Assembly (NCBI RefSeq): GCF_902713615.1
Contig: NC_052171.1
Span: 1,426,001-1,490,000, forward strand
Direction: 5' to 3'
DNA from: Scyliorhinus canicula
Taxonomy: Eukaryota
DNA length: 64,000 nt
Translations under genes and position numbers: made by a program
In this document: piece by piece, positions 33,749 to 45,300 of the stretch
How the letters are laid out: each line of letters opens with the position of its first letter
Numbering within the stretch: the first letter of the stretch is position 1
The notes under the pieces: generated by a model
Database searches by the model: none
Told to the model about the DNA's origin: nothing
What the model saw: only the letters and a program-made list of their open reading frames with translations

Positions 33749-35328
33749 TAAAATTGAATCTGGCCCGGCTCGTGGATCAAATCAAGGATGATTTTCGGAG
33801 ATGGGACGCGCTTCCGTTGTTTCTGGCTGGGAAAGTTCAAAGGGTGAAGATGATGGTCCTCCAGAGATTTCTATTTATATTTCAGTGTCTCCCCATTTTT
33901 ATTCCGGGGTCCTTTTTAAGCAGGTCAACAGAGTGATCACGGGCTTCGTCTGGGCGGGCAGGACCCTTCGAGTAAGGAAGGTAATGCTTGAGCGGAGTCG
34001 GGGAAAAGGCTGGCGCTGCCAAATTTTAGCAGCTCTTACTGGGCGGCAAATATAGCCATGATCAGGACGCGGGTGGTGGGGGAGGGGTCGGCATGGGAAC
34101 GTATGGAGGCGGCTTCATGTAAGGGCACCAGTCTGGGGGCATTGGTAACTGCGCCTGTGCCATTCCCGCCAGCACAGCACTCCACCAGCCCCATGGTGGT
34201 GGCGGCCTGGAGTTTGGGGCCAGTGGAGGCGGCAAGTGGGAGCAGAGGGAGCATCGGTTTGGGCCCCAATCTGTAATAATCGCCAGTTTGCCTCGGGGAG
34301 TATGGACGGGGGGTTCCAGTTATGGCGGAGAGCGGGGATTGAGAGGATGGGGGATATGTTTATAGAGGGAACTTTCCGAGTATGAGGGCGTTGGAGGAAA
34401 AGTTTGGGTTGGCGAGGGGAAACAAATTCAGGTATCTGCAGGGCGGGACTTCCTACGTAGGCAGGTGTCAACCTTCCTGCTCCTACTGCTAAAGGGGATT
34501 CAGGACAGGGTAGTTTCCAGAGGGTAGGTAGAAGGGAGCGTCTCGGACATTTATAAGGAGCTTATGGGGTCGGAGGAGACGCAGACTGAGGAGCTGAAGC
34601 ACAAGTGATGGAGGAGCTCGGAAATGAGGTAGAGGATGGTCTATGGGCGGACGCATTTAGTCGAGGCAACGCGTCTACAACATGTGCCAGGCTTGGCCTG
34701 ATACAATTTAAGGTTGTTCACCGGGCTCACACGACAGTGGCCCGGATGAGCAGATTCTTTGGGGTTGTGGACAGGTGCTCAAAATGTATGGGAGGTCCGG
34801 CGAACCATGCCCACATGTTTTGGACATGTCCAAAGCTTAGGGGGTTTTGACAGGGGTTTGCAGATGTCATGTCCACGGTGTTAAAGACAAGGGTGTCCAG
34901 AGATGGCGATTTTTGGGGTGTCGGAAGATCCGGGAATCCAGGAGGAGAAGGAGGCAGACCTGGCCTTTGCTTCCCTGGTAGCCCAGAGACGGCTACTATT
35001 AGCTTGGAGGGACTCAAAGCCCCCAAAGTTGGAGACCTGGCTATCGGACATGGCTAGTTTTCTCTGTTTGGAGAAAACAAAGTTCGCCTTGAGAGGGTCA
35101 CTGTTAGGGTTCACCCGGAGGTGGCAACCATTCATCGACTTCTTCGCGGCAAATGAATCATCAGCAGAGAGGGGGCAGGGAGTAGCTTAGATTAGAGTAG
35201 GGGGTCAATAAGCGTGGGACCTATATGAGGTAAATGGTTTTTGCACTATGTTTATGGTTTCATGTATATTGTTTATTTTGTTGTTGTTACTGTACCGAAA
35301 ATACCTCAATAAAACATTTGTTAAAAAA

Positions 35329-35470
35329 AGACACATTTCTGATCTCTCAGTGAATCGAGAGGTATGGGGAGTGGGCGGGAAAATGAAGTTGAAGCCAAAG
35401 ATCACCGTGATCATATTGAATGACTGGGAAGGTTAGACAGGCCATGGGTCTACTCTTGTCCATCCTTCTT
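35329..35470 (+). mobile_element. CR1 3' end (continuation of 27930-29237)
   Basis: ...FLIS...GYGEWAGK and CR1 3' UTR. Confidence 0.7.
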
Positions 35471-35569
35471 ATCTCCTTATGTACGGAAACTTTTGAGTTG
35501 CTGTGTGCCCACACAAAGCTCATGGAGGAAACACTAGTCCAGTTTTCCATCTTGTGGAAGAGATGACAA

Positions 35570-35853
35570 ATCGAGGGCCCCACTTGCCATCCCAAATGGA
35601 CAGAAAAATATTCCATGGCACTATTTGGAAGAAGAGCAATTTATGTCCTGGGAAATATTTATCCGCCAACATCACTGAAAAACAGATGATCTGATCATTA
35701 TCACATTGCTGTGTGTGGGAGCTTGCTGTGCACACATTCCCCACCACTTTTCGGACATTGCAACAATGACAGCCCTTCCAAGGTATTGTGGTTGCATCGC
35801 CCTTTGCGATGTGCCGTGGTTGAGGAAGGCGCGATATAAATCCAAGACTTTGC
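35570..35853 (+). mobile_element. Deu-domain (AmnSINE/SacSINE-like) SINE relic
   Basis: ATTATCACATTGCTGTGTGTGGGAGCTTGCTGTGC...GAAGGCGCGATATAAAT. Confidence 0.55.
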
Positions 35854-35961
35854 TGTCAAAATACACAGGGCAGCGAAGTTGAAGATGTTGGAATCCCAAC
35901 CCATGGACTGGTTGGGAGAAAATGGTAATTTTTACGAAAACAGTAAAACATATTCCAGGCA

Positions 35962-35967
35962 TTTATT
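35962..35967 (-). terminator. Candidate poly(A) signal of the astacin-MAM gene
   Basis: AATAAA on the minus strand about 270 nt after the stop. Confidence 0.5.
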
Positions 35968-36238
35968 GCATCTGACCCTGAATACATACAATCACAGGCT
36001 GGCTACTGGCATTGGGAAGTGAGCCAGATGTCAAAAAGAGCTTCAATCTCTCAGAAGGAGGCTGTGTGTGTTCAAATACTACATGATACTATCAGCACAA
36101 ACAGATGGCTCCTCTTCTGAATACAACACATCTCTTGTCCTTGTGAGGCAATCGCCAATCCATGAAGATTGACCTGACATTGGGGCATCAGCACGTCCTC
36201 GGCAAGACCATGTCAAAGACACTCGCCACCACAACCCT

Positions 36239-36394
36239 CTAACCCAAGTGAGATTTGTTCCTTTTCTTCCGACCCCAGTTGCAGGATGGGTTACGGCGCT
36301 CCCATCCTGAGGTACAGCTACTTCTGTGGATCTGCACGTCATCAATTGCAGCATCGCTCTGATAGTTTGGTCCCAGTACGCCCTCAATAATCAC
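36239..36394 (-). CDS. Astacin-MAM last exon (MAM end plus basic tail)
   Basis: [27 protein letters not shown]...[11 protein letters not shown]; ctccag acceptor, phase 0. Confidence 0.9.
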   Translation of the reverse strand: MIIEGVLGPNYQSDAAIDDVQIHRSSCTSGWERRNPSCNWGRKKRNKSHLG

Positions 36395-39300
36395 CTGGAG
36401 AGGCAAAGATTAGTCAGATCTGGAAAGAGAAACTGGGCTACAGTGAAATGTTAATCACTTGATAACAGAAGTTAAAGCTTTGTTCAAGCTGCCGCTCATG
36501 GATGAAGAATAAACCGAGAAACAGACGGACATCACAGGAGGGAATCAGACCATTCGGCCCTATCAAAGTCAGCATTTATCCTTCATCCCTTTTGCTTGAA
36601 GCATTTGTCCAATTCAGCATATTACTGTCTCAACTAACCCTGGCATTGAAGTTAACAGCCTCGTGACTCTGTGTCAAGCAGTTTCCCTGCCTTACTTAAT
36701 CTAGTCGTCCTTTGGTAGCTCAAAACTTGAATATTGCTGAAAAAGAGACACGCTGTCTCAGCCTTTCAGCTTGAACTCCTCGGGACTGATTCATCAGAAT
36801 TGGAAGGAGAAACTATTTATATTGCATGGGAAGAGACTGCTCGTTGGTTGACGTGGACTCTGGTCGAGGCGTTGCCATGGACCAAGCAGCAGGGGATACT
36901 TAACGACCAAGCCGATTTCCACATGCAATGCCAATGTCTGGTTGCATTGCGAGGCCTCAGGTTCGATCCAGACACATATACCTGTAAACCCGACAAAATC
37001 TGAACAAGTGCGACTATGTCACCAAAATGAAGGTCATTGGCGCATTGGGCCACCCACGAGGCCTAACTGGACAGACCTGCTCAAAAGCAAGTTCCAAAAA
37101 ATGTTTGTTGGGCTTGTGTAAGAGTAACGAGCTGCTGGGTGGTATTTAATGATAGGATCCATCCTCACTGTTCACTGAGACCGTGCATCTATGGGTTGTC
37201 CAAGACACACAAAAACGGGGACTTCCGGTGTGCAGCATGGAGTGAGTGATCACACAGAGGCAGCTCCTGCCTAAGGTTACAGAAAAGAGCTCTTTTTTGG
37301 GCGGCACGGGTTGGAATTTCGATGAAAAGGCGTTGGTGAATGTTCGAGGAGTACTTTCCCCCAGGAATAGGATGTTTCTTGGTTATCAGACCCTCAGAAA
37401 CAGTGCAAGATTGGGCTGAAGCTACAGCAAACAAAAGCCTCTGCAAGCATACAGGCGGGGGAAGGGCCAGCTTAGAGGCCTCAAGCTGACCTGAGGGCCT
37501 TTGTGAAAGCTGAATTCTAGCAGCAGAGGGAAGAACTGTGAAAAGATCTCACCAAGGCCATTGAAGGAGCGGAGACGGACTTCCGGTAGCGGTGATGCGG
37601 AGCTAAGCCGCACGTTCAGTGGCTCCCACTATTTTCGGGCTTTGGGGCTCTTTTAAGGGCTCGTAGTGATGCTGTTTGGGCTTTTCCCCGTATGGGAACA
37701 CTCCTTCTCAGATTCTCCACCGGTGGATGGCCTGGACTAGGAGTGGAGCGGTCAGAAAATCGGCTTTGTAGGTGCGGCACCGCAGCTCCCGCTACTTAAG
37801 GACTTTTGGGCCGATTTGAGGGCCCCAAACGGCGCTGTCTCGACGAATCCCGGTGGGGGAAGGTGTCTAGAGGCGCATTCCCCATAATTTATGGTGCTCA
37901 CCCGGAGTGGGGCAAAGGAAAAAGCTGCAGCAGCTCCCCAAGAAAAGCGGGGGAAGAAGGACAAAATGGCGGCCGGCGGAACATCCGAGGACTGGTGGGC
38001 GCAGGAGCAGCAAGCCTCTCTTCTGCGCTGTTTTGTGGAGCTGAAGGCTGAGTTGCTGGACTCCCTGAATGCGACTACCAACAAGCTGCTTGGGGCTCAG
38101 GCGGCCCAGGAGGTGTCGATTCGGGAGCAGCAGGCCACTGAGCAGGAGGAGGAGGCCGTGGTCCTCGTGGGGAAAGTGTTGCACGAGGCATTTCACAAAA
38201 AGTGGCAAGACCGCTTGGAGGAGCTGGACGTTCGCACGAGGCGAAAGAATTTGAGGATCCTGGGCCTGGATGGGTCGGATCTCCCGTCTTACGTGACCAC
38301 GATGTTGAGCTCGTTGATGGGAGCGGGGTCCTTCCATTTGCCCCTGGAGCTTGAGGGAGCCCACAGAGTGCTGGCCAGGAGGCCTAAGGCAAATGAGCCC
38401 CCGCGGGCGGTGCTGGTGCGGTTCCATCGATTTAGTGACCGGGAGTGTGTGCTGCGCTGGGCCAAGAAAGAGAGGAGCAGCAAGTGGGAGAATTCGGTAG
38501 TGAGAATCTACCAGGACTGGAGTGCGGAGGTGGCAAAGCGGCGGGCCGGGTTCAACCGGACGAAGGCGGTGCTACATGCCAAGCAGGTCAGGTTTGGAAT
38601 GCTGTAGCCTGCGCGTCTGTGGGTGACATACAAGGACCGGCACCATTACTTCGAGTCCCCGGAGGAGGCGTGGGGCTTTGTACAGGCGGAGAAGCTGGAC
38701 TCGAACTAGGGTCTGGGGACACACTATGGCCGTTGCTGTTTTCGCTGTTGCTGTTCTTCAATTTTGACACGTGTTTTTTTTATGCTGGTTTTCTTTTGCT
38801 CTGTTTTCGGGTGGGTTTGTCTGTTGGGTATGGGTGTGGGGTATGTGGGGAACGTTGGGGGCATGTGCTTTATATGTTCTCTTCTGTACGGGGCTGGAGG
38901 TTGGGGTGAAACTGGATTTTGAGGAGCTGCGTCAGAAGGGTGGGGTGTGGCAGTGTGAAAGCGCGGGCTTTCCTCTGGTTTCCCGCGCTGCGGGGCGGGG
39001 GGGGGGCGGAGCTGGCGGTGGGGGCGGGGCCTTCACTGGTTTTCTTTCCCGCGCTGAAGCGGGGCCAAGGAGGTGTGGCAAGAGGGGGATGACCCCATGC
39101 CGGGAGGAGATGGGTTTTGGCAGGAGCTGCCGGGTCAGCAGAAGTCAGCTGACTCACGGAAGTACCATGGAGGGTGCGTCGCGGCTAGGAAGGGTCCTAG
39201 CCTGGGGGGGTGGGGGGGGATACCGGGTTGCTGCTGGAATGGCCAGGAAGGAGCTGGTGTGGGCCGGGGGGGTAGAGGAGAGGCGTTATCGCCATGGGGA

Positions 39301-42300
39301 ACGGGTCAGGCGGGGCGAGCTGGCCTGGGGCGAGCAGTCGATAAGCTATGGCTAGCCGGCGGGGGAGAGGGGCAGGTTGCCCTCTGATCCGGCTGATTAC
39401 CTGGAACGTGAGGGGGCTGAATGGGCCGGTTAAGAGAACTAGGGTAATTTCTCATCTGAAGGGGCTGAAGGCGGACGTGGCTATGCTCCAGGAGACCCAC
39501 TTGAAGGCGGCGGACCAGGTTCGTCTGAGGAAGGGGTGGGTGGGGCAGGTTTTTCACTCAGGATTGGACGCGAAGAACCGGGGGTTGGCGATTCTGGTGG
39601 GGAAGAGGGTGGCGTTTGAGGCGGCTGAGGTGGTGTCGGACAAGGAGGGCAGATATATTATGGTGAAGGGTAGGCTGCAGGGAGAGAAGGTGGTGCTGGT
39701 TAATGTATATGCCCCGAATTGGGATGATGCCGGCTTCATGAGGCGCTTGTTGGGCCGCATTCCGGACCTGGAGGCAGGGGGCCTGATCATGGGGGGAGAC
39801 TTTAACACAGTGCTGGATCCCACACTGGACCGGTCCAGTTCAAGGACGGGTAGGAGACCGGCGGCGGCCAAAGTGCTGAGGGGGTTTATGGACCAGATGG
39901 GAGGGGTGGATCCCTGGAGGTTTGGGAGGCTGAGAGCGTGGGAGTATTCCTTTTTCTCTCATGTCCATAGGGTCTATTCCCGAATAGATTTTTTCGTCCT
40001 GAGCAGGGGATTGATCCCGAAGGTGCAGGATGCCGAGTATTCGGCCATAGCGATTTCAGACCATGCTCCGCACTGGGTTGATCTGGAGATGGGGGTGGCG
40101 CGGGACCAGCGCCCGCTCTGGCGCCTGGATGTGGGGATGCTGGCTGATGAGGAGGTATGTAGGAGGGTCTGGGGAAGTATTGAGGGGTATCTTGATACCA
40201 ACGACACGGGGGAGGTCTGGGTGGGGATGGTCTGGGAGGCTCTGAAAGCAGTGATCCGGGGGGAGCTGATCTCCATACGGACCCATAGGGAAAGGAGGGA
40301 GAGGAAGGAGAGGGAGAGACTGGTGGGGGAGCTCCTGGATGTGGACAGGAGATACGCGGAGGCACCAGAGGAGGGGTTGCTGGGGGAACGGCGTAGTTTG
40401 CAGGCCAAATTTGACTTGTTGACCACCAGAAAGGCGGAGACACAGTGGAGGAGGTCGCAGGGCACGGTATACGAGTATGGGGAGAAGGCGAGCAGGATGT
40501 TGGCGTATCAGCTCCGCAGGCGAGATGCGGCTAGGGAAATTGGTGGAGTGACGGATAGGGGTGGGAATGTAGTGCAGATGGGGACAGAAGTAAATGGGGT
40601 CTTTAGGGACTTCTACGAGGAACTGTACCGGTCAGAACCTCCGATGGGGAGAGGGGGGATGGAGAGCTTCATGAACAGGCTATGTTTCCCAAGGGTTCAA
40701 GAGAGGCTGGTAGAGGGGCTGGGGGCGCCGATAGAGTTGGAGGAGCTAGTCAGGGGGATTGGACAAATGCAGTCAGGTAAGGCGCCGGGGCCGGACGGGT
40801 TCCCAGTGGAATTTTATAAAAAGTATGCGGATCTGGTGGGCCCCCTGTTGGTGTGAGCCTTCAATGAGGCATGGGAGGGGGGCGCCTTTGCCCCCGACAA
40901 TGTCGCGGGCACTGATCTCTCTGATCCTGAAGCGGGATAAGGACCCCTTGCAGTGTGGATCATACAGGCCTATCTCTCTCCTCACTGTTGACGCTAAGTT
41001 TCTGGCGAAGATCCTGGCCACCAGGATAGAGGACTGTGTGCCAGGGGTGATACACGAGGATCAGATAGGATTTGTCAAAGGACGGCAGCTCAACACGAAT
41101 GTGCGGAGACTGCTAAATGTTATTATGATGCCGGCAGTGGAGGGGGAGGCGGAGATAGTGGTGGCGCTGGATGCGGAGAAAGCGTTTGATAGAGTTGAGT
41201 GGGGGTACCTGTGGGAGGTGCTGGAGCGGTTCGGATTCGGGGAGGGATTCATCAAATGGGTAAGGCTGCTCTACGCGACTCCGATGGCGAGTGTAGTTAC
41301 CAATGGAAGGAGATCGGAGTACTTTAGGCTCTACCGTGGGACCAGGCAGGGGTGCCCTTGTCCCCCTTGCTCTTTGCACTGGCGATTGAACCTTTGGCTA
41401 TGGCGTTGAGGGAGTCAGGGAGATGGAGGGGTCTGGTGCGGGGTGGGGAGGAACATCGTGTATCGCTGTATGCGGACGACCTGCTGTTGTATGTGGCGGA
41501 TCCAGAAGGGGGAATGCCGGGGGTGATGGAGCTGTTAGCGGAATTTGGGGGCTTCTCGGGCTATAAGTTAAATTTAGCCAAGAGCGAGGTATTTGTAGTA
41601 CACCCGGGAGATCAGGAGGAGGGAATTGGGAGACTCCCATTTAAGAGGGCAGTGAAGAGTTTCAGATACCTGGGGGTGCAGGTGGCCAGAAGTTGGGGGA
41701 CTCTCCATAAGCTTAATTTTACCAGGCTGGTGGAGCAGATGGAGGAGGAATTTAAAAGGTGGGACATGGTGCCTCTATCGTTGGCGGGTAGAGTGCAGTC
41801 CGTCAAAATGACGGTTCTCCCGAGGTTCTTGTTCCTTTTTCAGTGTTTGCCCATCTTTATCCCTAGTGCCTTTTTTAGAAGGGTGACTAGCAGCATCATG
41901 AGCTTTGTTTGGGCGCCTGGGACCCCGAGGGTGAAGAGGGTCTTCTTGGAGCGGGGTAGAGATGGGGGGGGCTGGCGTTACCCAATCTCTCGGGGTATTA
42001 CTGGGCGGCCAATGTGTCGATGGTGCGCAAGTGGGTAATGGAGGGGGAGGGGGCAGCATGGAAACGGATGGAGAGGGCGTCCTGTGGAGATACAAGCCTG
42101 GGGGCCCTGGTAACGGCGCCGTGGCCGCTCCCTCCTACGAGGTATACCACGAGTCCGGTGGTGGCGGCTACCCTCAAGATTTGGGGGCAGTGGAGGTGAC
42201 ATAGGGGAGAAGTGGGGGGCTCGATGGAGGCTCCGTTAAGGGGGAACCATACGTTCGTCCCGGGGAACATTGATGGGGGATTTCAGGGTTGGTACAGAGC

Positions 42301-45300
42301 GGGCATCAGACAGCTGAGGGACCTGTTTATTGATGGGAGGTTTGCGAGCCTGGGGGAGTTGGAGGAGAAATTTGGGCTCCCCCCGGGGAACATGTTCAGG
42401 TATCTGCAGGTAAAGGCATTTGCTAGGTGGCAGGTGGAGGGATTCCCTTCGCTCCCCGCGAGGGGGGTGAGCGACAGGGTGCTTTCGGGGGTCTGGGTCG
42501 GAGAGGGGAAGATATCTGATATCTACAAGGTTATGCAGGAGGCGGAGGAGGCGTCAGTAGAGGAGCTGAAAGCTAAGTGAGAGGGGGAACTGGGGGAACA
42601 GATCGAAGACGGGACATGGGCTGATGCCCTGGAGAGGGTTAATTCTTCCTCCTCGTGTGCGCGGCTTAGCCTCATCCAATTCAAGGTGCTGCATAGGGCC
42701 CACATGACTGGGACGAGGATGAGTAGGTTCTTTGGGGGTGAAGACAGGTGTGTCAGGTGCTCGGGGAGTCCAGCGAACCATGCCCATATGTTCTGGGCAT
42801 GTCCGGCACTGGAGGAGTTCTGGAAGGGGGTGGCGAGGACGGTGTCGAGGGTGGTGGAGTCCAGGGTCAAGCCAGGATGGGGACTCACGATTTTTGGGGT
42901 TGGGGTGGAGCCGGGAGTGCAGGAGGCGAAAGAGGCCGGTGCTGGCCTTTGCGTCCCTTGTAGCCCGGCGAAGGATCTTGCTACAATGGAAGGATGCGAG
43001 GCCCCCAAGCGTGGAGACCTGGATCAATGACATGGCGGGTTTCATTAAGCTAGAGAAGGTCAAATTCGCCCTGAGGGGGACGGTACAAGGGTTCTTTAGG
43101 CGGTGGCAACCTTTCCTCGACTTTCTGGCTCAACGATAGGGTACAGGGACAGTAGCAGCAGCAACCCGGGGGGGAGGGGGGGAAGGGGGAGGGAAAAGGG
43201 GGGGGGGATGACTATGTTTGTTTATTTAATTTTAATTTATTTTTAAGTTTTTCTGTTGTTCATTGGGGTTGGGGGGGTGGGGGATGTGATACATGCGTCA
43301 ATATGGTCTGGGGGTGTTACAGTTATTATGGGTTATTTTGTTGCATTTCATTGTTTGTCGTTATGTTTTATACTTTCTGTAAAAAATTCCAATAAAATTT
43401 TTTTTTTAAAAAGACACAAAAACGATGTCTGTTTATGGCCATTGTTATCGGTGACTGGTTGTGCATAACATGAATTGTGCCAAATGGTTGGGTCAGTTGC
43501 TGCAACCACTTCTGTGCAGATTGTTTAGTTACATAGATGGTCGAGGATTGCTTCACCTTTACGGGGACACAGGGCTTAGATACCAATGGTGTATGTATAT
43601 GCTTGTTCAACATTGCGAGATTATTCATCAATGTTCCGCTCGAGGAAGCTAGTGATATTTTCACTGCATCACTACATCACGGCGATCTGGACACCTTGGC
43701 ATGGTCGGAATCTACTTATGAACTTGTACAGTTTTGTCTGATTTTGACAATGCCCAAGTATTTCCAAATAAATGGTCCAGCATCATTGTTGGTTTCCATG
43801 AGAAACACGTCTTCCATGGAATGACACCTCACCTCCTTATCTCTTGCATATTTGCGATACGTCAGCAATACGTTTGCTCTATTTGAATCCACATCTGCAT
43901 GTGAGAATTTCCTGACACACCTAGATGGCCGCCTTCCTGTGCTCAAACTCACCTTTGAAATGGGGCAGTCAAATGAGCTCCTTTTCCTCAATGTGCTGAT
44001 TGAGAAATCTGCCAACAGGCTCTCTGCAGCTATCTACCACCAGCCTATCTTCGTTGGTCAATGGAAGCTTTCGAATCCCTACAATGCCACGTTCTATAAG
44101 ATTGTCCTGATTGCGAACCTTGCTCATACAGCCCGAGCCATTCGCACACCATTGGCGCATCAAAGCTATCCTGTGGATTCTAGCTACCCTGATCAGATCA
44201 CTGCCCACTGTATATCGCACAAACTCATCAATCAGCCTTCGGATGCCACTTTCATTCCTAGGAAGTGTCCAGTCACCCTCCGATTGCCCTGGGATAATGT
44301 ACCTCAAACTTTCGAGCACGAGGTGAAGCTATCACGCTGTCACTAAGCAGTAGCAAGACAAGTAGTGCTCTCCACGGACAGGATGCTGCTGTCAAACCAA
44401 AAACACCACAAATGAGTCACAGTTTTTTTTTTACTTTCGATGCCCTCTGTCCCAATAACTGGCAGATTGTATCAAACAGTATATCCCTTCGCTGCTCACA
44501 ACAGGAAAAGGACTGACTGTACCCAACAAGCGTTTTCTTGCAAAACTCAAAACGTAGGCCGGGATATTCAATCCCGTTTTCTGAAGAAAATCCAGCAGGA
44601 ATCCCAAAATGGCTTTTCCGCCGGGGGATTTCCTCGCTGGATTGCAATGATGGGAACCCCATTGAAATACACTTTGATATCATGAGCGGACTCTCCCTGC
44701 TCTGTTAATCCCCCCCCCCCCCCCCCAACATTGTGGTGGTGTGGGTGAAGCGATGCATTTAGCCCACATGCTCTGGGGTTAAGTGTGACAGAGAGGTAGT
44801 AATGGAGTCATCTGTACGTCTGGTTCCCAATTTATCGCAGACAAAAACACACACTGTCCATATCCTGTATCTAACTCCCAGCATTACAGGACATAAGTAT
44901 GAGACATAAATGTCTCATCTTCGCTTGCCAATTACTGATATGTAGATGATCAGTTCTGATGTTGCTGCGCCAACAGCAATCAGCATGATCATCCCCAAGA
45001 CCTACTCCGCTGGCCACTGCACAGCACATTTTGCGACGCATATGTTCACTTGAAGAAGCCACTCAACCATTCGAGAAAGTAACGAAAAGCTGCCTTAGCC
45101 TGCCCAAGACACTGGTCACCAATCTGTGAGGAATGTCGACTCCTCATGCAACAAGCAACCCCACCCCCGGGGACAGGGGGCAGGCTGGAGGCCTCGTGGT
45201 TTGCAACGGGCAGTGGACTTGAGCCGTCCCAGCAGAGAAGCTCCACCTTCAAATTGTGATCACGAAACGATTCGCATCGGACAGCAGTGAGGGGAAATAA

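Larger units (their letters stand above)
29238..35328 (+). mobile_element. Degenerate L1/Tx1-clade LINE (ORF1 about 29280-29995, ORF2 about 30575-35160), 5'-truncated
   Basis: ORF1 DLENRSRRQNL; endonuclease ITWNV, GGDIN, SDH; RT YRPISLLNVDAK, ADDLLL; CxxC..H..C knuckle; AATAAA plus A tail. Confidence 0.9.

Noticed and set aside
37891-43139. L1 as an active or domesticated gene
   Set aside because: Premature stops (38605, 40854, 42197, 42578) and frameshifts, although those in G runs could be sequencing errors.
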